From NCBI GenBank assembly GCA_004524535.1, contig SDNY01000041.1:1-28979 (forward strand): 28,979 bases of DNA, in the 5' to 3' direction. Position 1 is the stretch's first letter. Every line of letters starts with the position of its first letter. Made by a program: the position numbers and the translations under genes. Source of the stretch: Promethearchaeota archaeon. Lineage in GTDB: Archaea; Asgardarchaeota; Lokiarchaeia; Sigyniarchaeales; SOKP01. Under the pieces are notes generated by a model. That model saw only the letters and a program-made list of their open reading frames with translations, did not search any database and was not told the origin of the DNA. This document shows, piece by piece, positions 28,240-28,979 of this stretch.

Positions 28240-28830
28240 ATGTTAAAGTATAAAATAGTACTTGCGGGCGCCAAAGATGTAGGAAAAAGCTCCTTAATAG
28301 CTCGTTTTTGTGATGATGTTTTTCACGAAAGGACGATGGAGACAATTGGAGTTGCCTTTAAAAGGAAAAATATTAATGTTAACGATAAAATCTCGATAAA
28401 CCTCGCAATTTGGGATATGGGGGGGGAAGACAAATATAAGGCTCTTTTGCCTCAGTATATAAAAGGTGCGACAGCAGCTTTAATATTATATGATACCACA
28501 AATAAAGAAACTATAGATGACGTTAATAGCTGGGTTGAGATTGTTAATGAATATGCTAGTGAGGATATTATTAAAGTTTTAATTGGTACAAAAATAGATT
28601 TAAAGGATAAACGAGAAATTACTAAGATGGAAGCAGAAGAATTATGTTCAAAGCAAAATTGGTGTGCTGAAATGATTGAGACGTCGGCAAAAACAGGAGA
28701 AAATGTTGAAGATGCGTTTCTGAACGTGGCAAATGAAATAGTTAAAAGAAATCTTCAGAAATGTACTGGTTGCGGGGATTACTTTTCTATAAAATTAAAA
28801 ATTTGTAATTATTGTGGTCAATCTGTATAA
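28240..28830 (+). CDS. Rab-like small GTPase with C-terminal zinc ribbon
   Basis: GAKDVGKS, TIGVAF, WDMGG, TKID, ETSAKTGENV, CTGC..CNYC. Confidence 0.92.
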   Translation: MLKYKIVLAGAKDVGKSSLIARFCDDVFHERTMETIGVAFKRKNINVNDKISINLAIWDMGGEDKYKALLPQYIKGATAALILYDTTNKETIDDVNSWVEIVNEYASEDIIKVLIGTKIDLKDKREITKMEAEELCSKQNWCAEMIETSAKTGENVEDAFLNVANEIVKRNLQKCTGCGDYFSIKLKICNYCGQSV

Positions 28831-28979
28831 AAAAAATTGTAAGTACTAAGTTTTTTGATCCTTAATTACATTATTGAAATCGTAACATTTAAATCTCCTA
28901 GTTAATTCGTTATTTTATGGGTCTTTGGCTCGTATTCTTCATTTTCTTCGTTGGGATTTGCGCTTACTTGCTTTGGAAG

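Noticed and set aside
28900-28979. Probable 3' end of a minus-strand gene at the window edge
   Set aside because: Two frames are plausible (…YEPKTHKITN* or …SKRKSQRRK*) and the fragment is too short to call.
1-28979. CRISPR arrays, transposases, integrases or an att duplication of the tRNA 3' end
   Set aside because: No regularly spaced repeats, mobile-element ORFs or second copy of the tRNA 3' end were seen.

Overview
AT-rich archaeal chromosomal window, most consistent with an Asgard archaeon (Lokiarchaeia/Promethearchaeia). Archaeal markers are rpo6, Hef, tldD/tldE and a CCA-less tRNA-Val(CAC). Asgard-type markers are a roadblock protein, two Rab-like small GTPases and a protein with an N-terminal domain I recognise as lokiarchaeal. 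The window holds a sugar/sulfatase catabolic cluster, nadC, purB-purM, a PiT phosphate transporter flanked by two DUF47-like genes, tldD-tldE, a UDP-glucuronate decarboxylase, Hef, tRNA-Val, rpo6 and a GNAT. The strongest signal is in tldD. It is interrupted just upstream of its HExxxH active site by a 30-nt, stop-containing insertion (18055-18084) whose junctions fold into a bulge-helix-bulge motif, making it a candidate tRNA-type (endonuclease-spliced) intron in a protein-coding mRNA. Secondary signals are a Rab-like GTPase that appears to need a non-canonical ATT start downstream of a short uORF, and a structured ~90-nt intergenic element. All calls come from motif recognition by eye; no searches were run.
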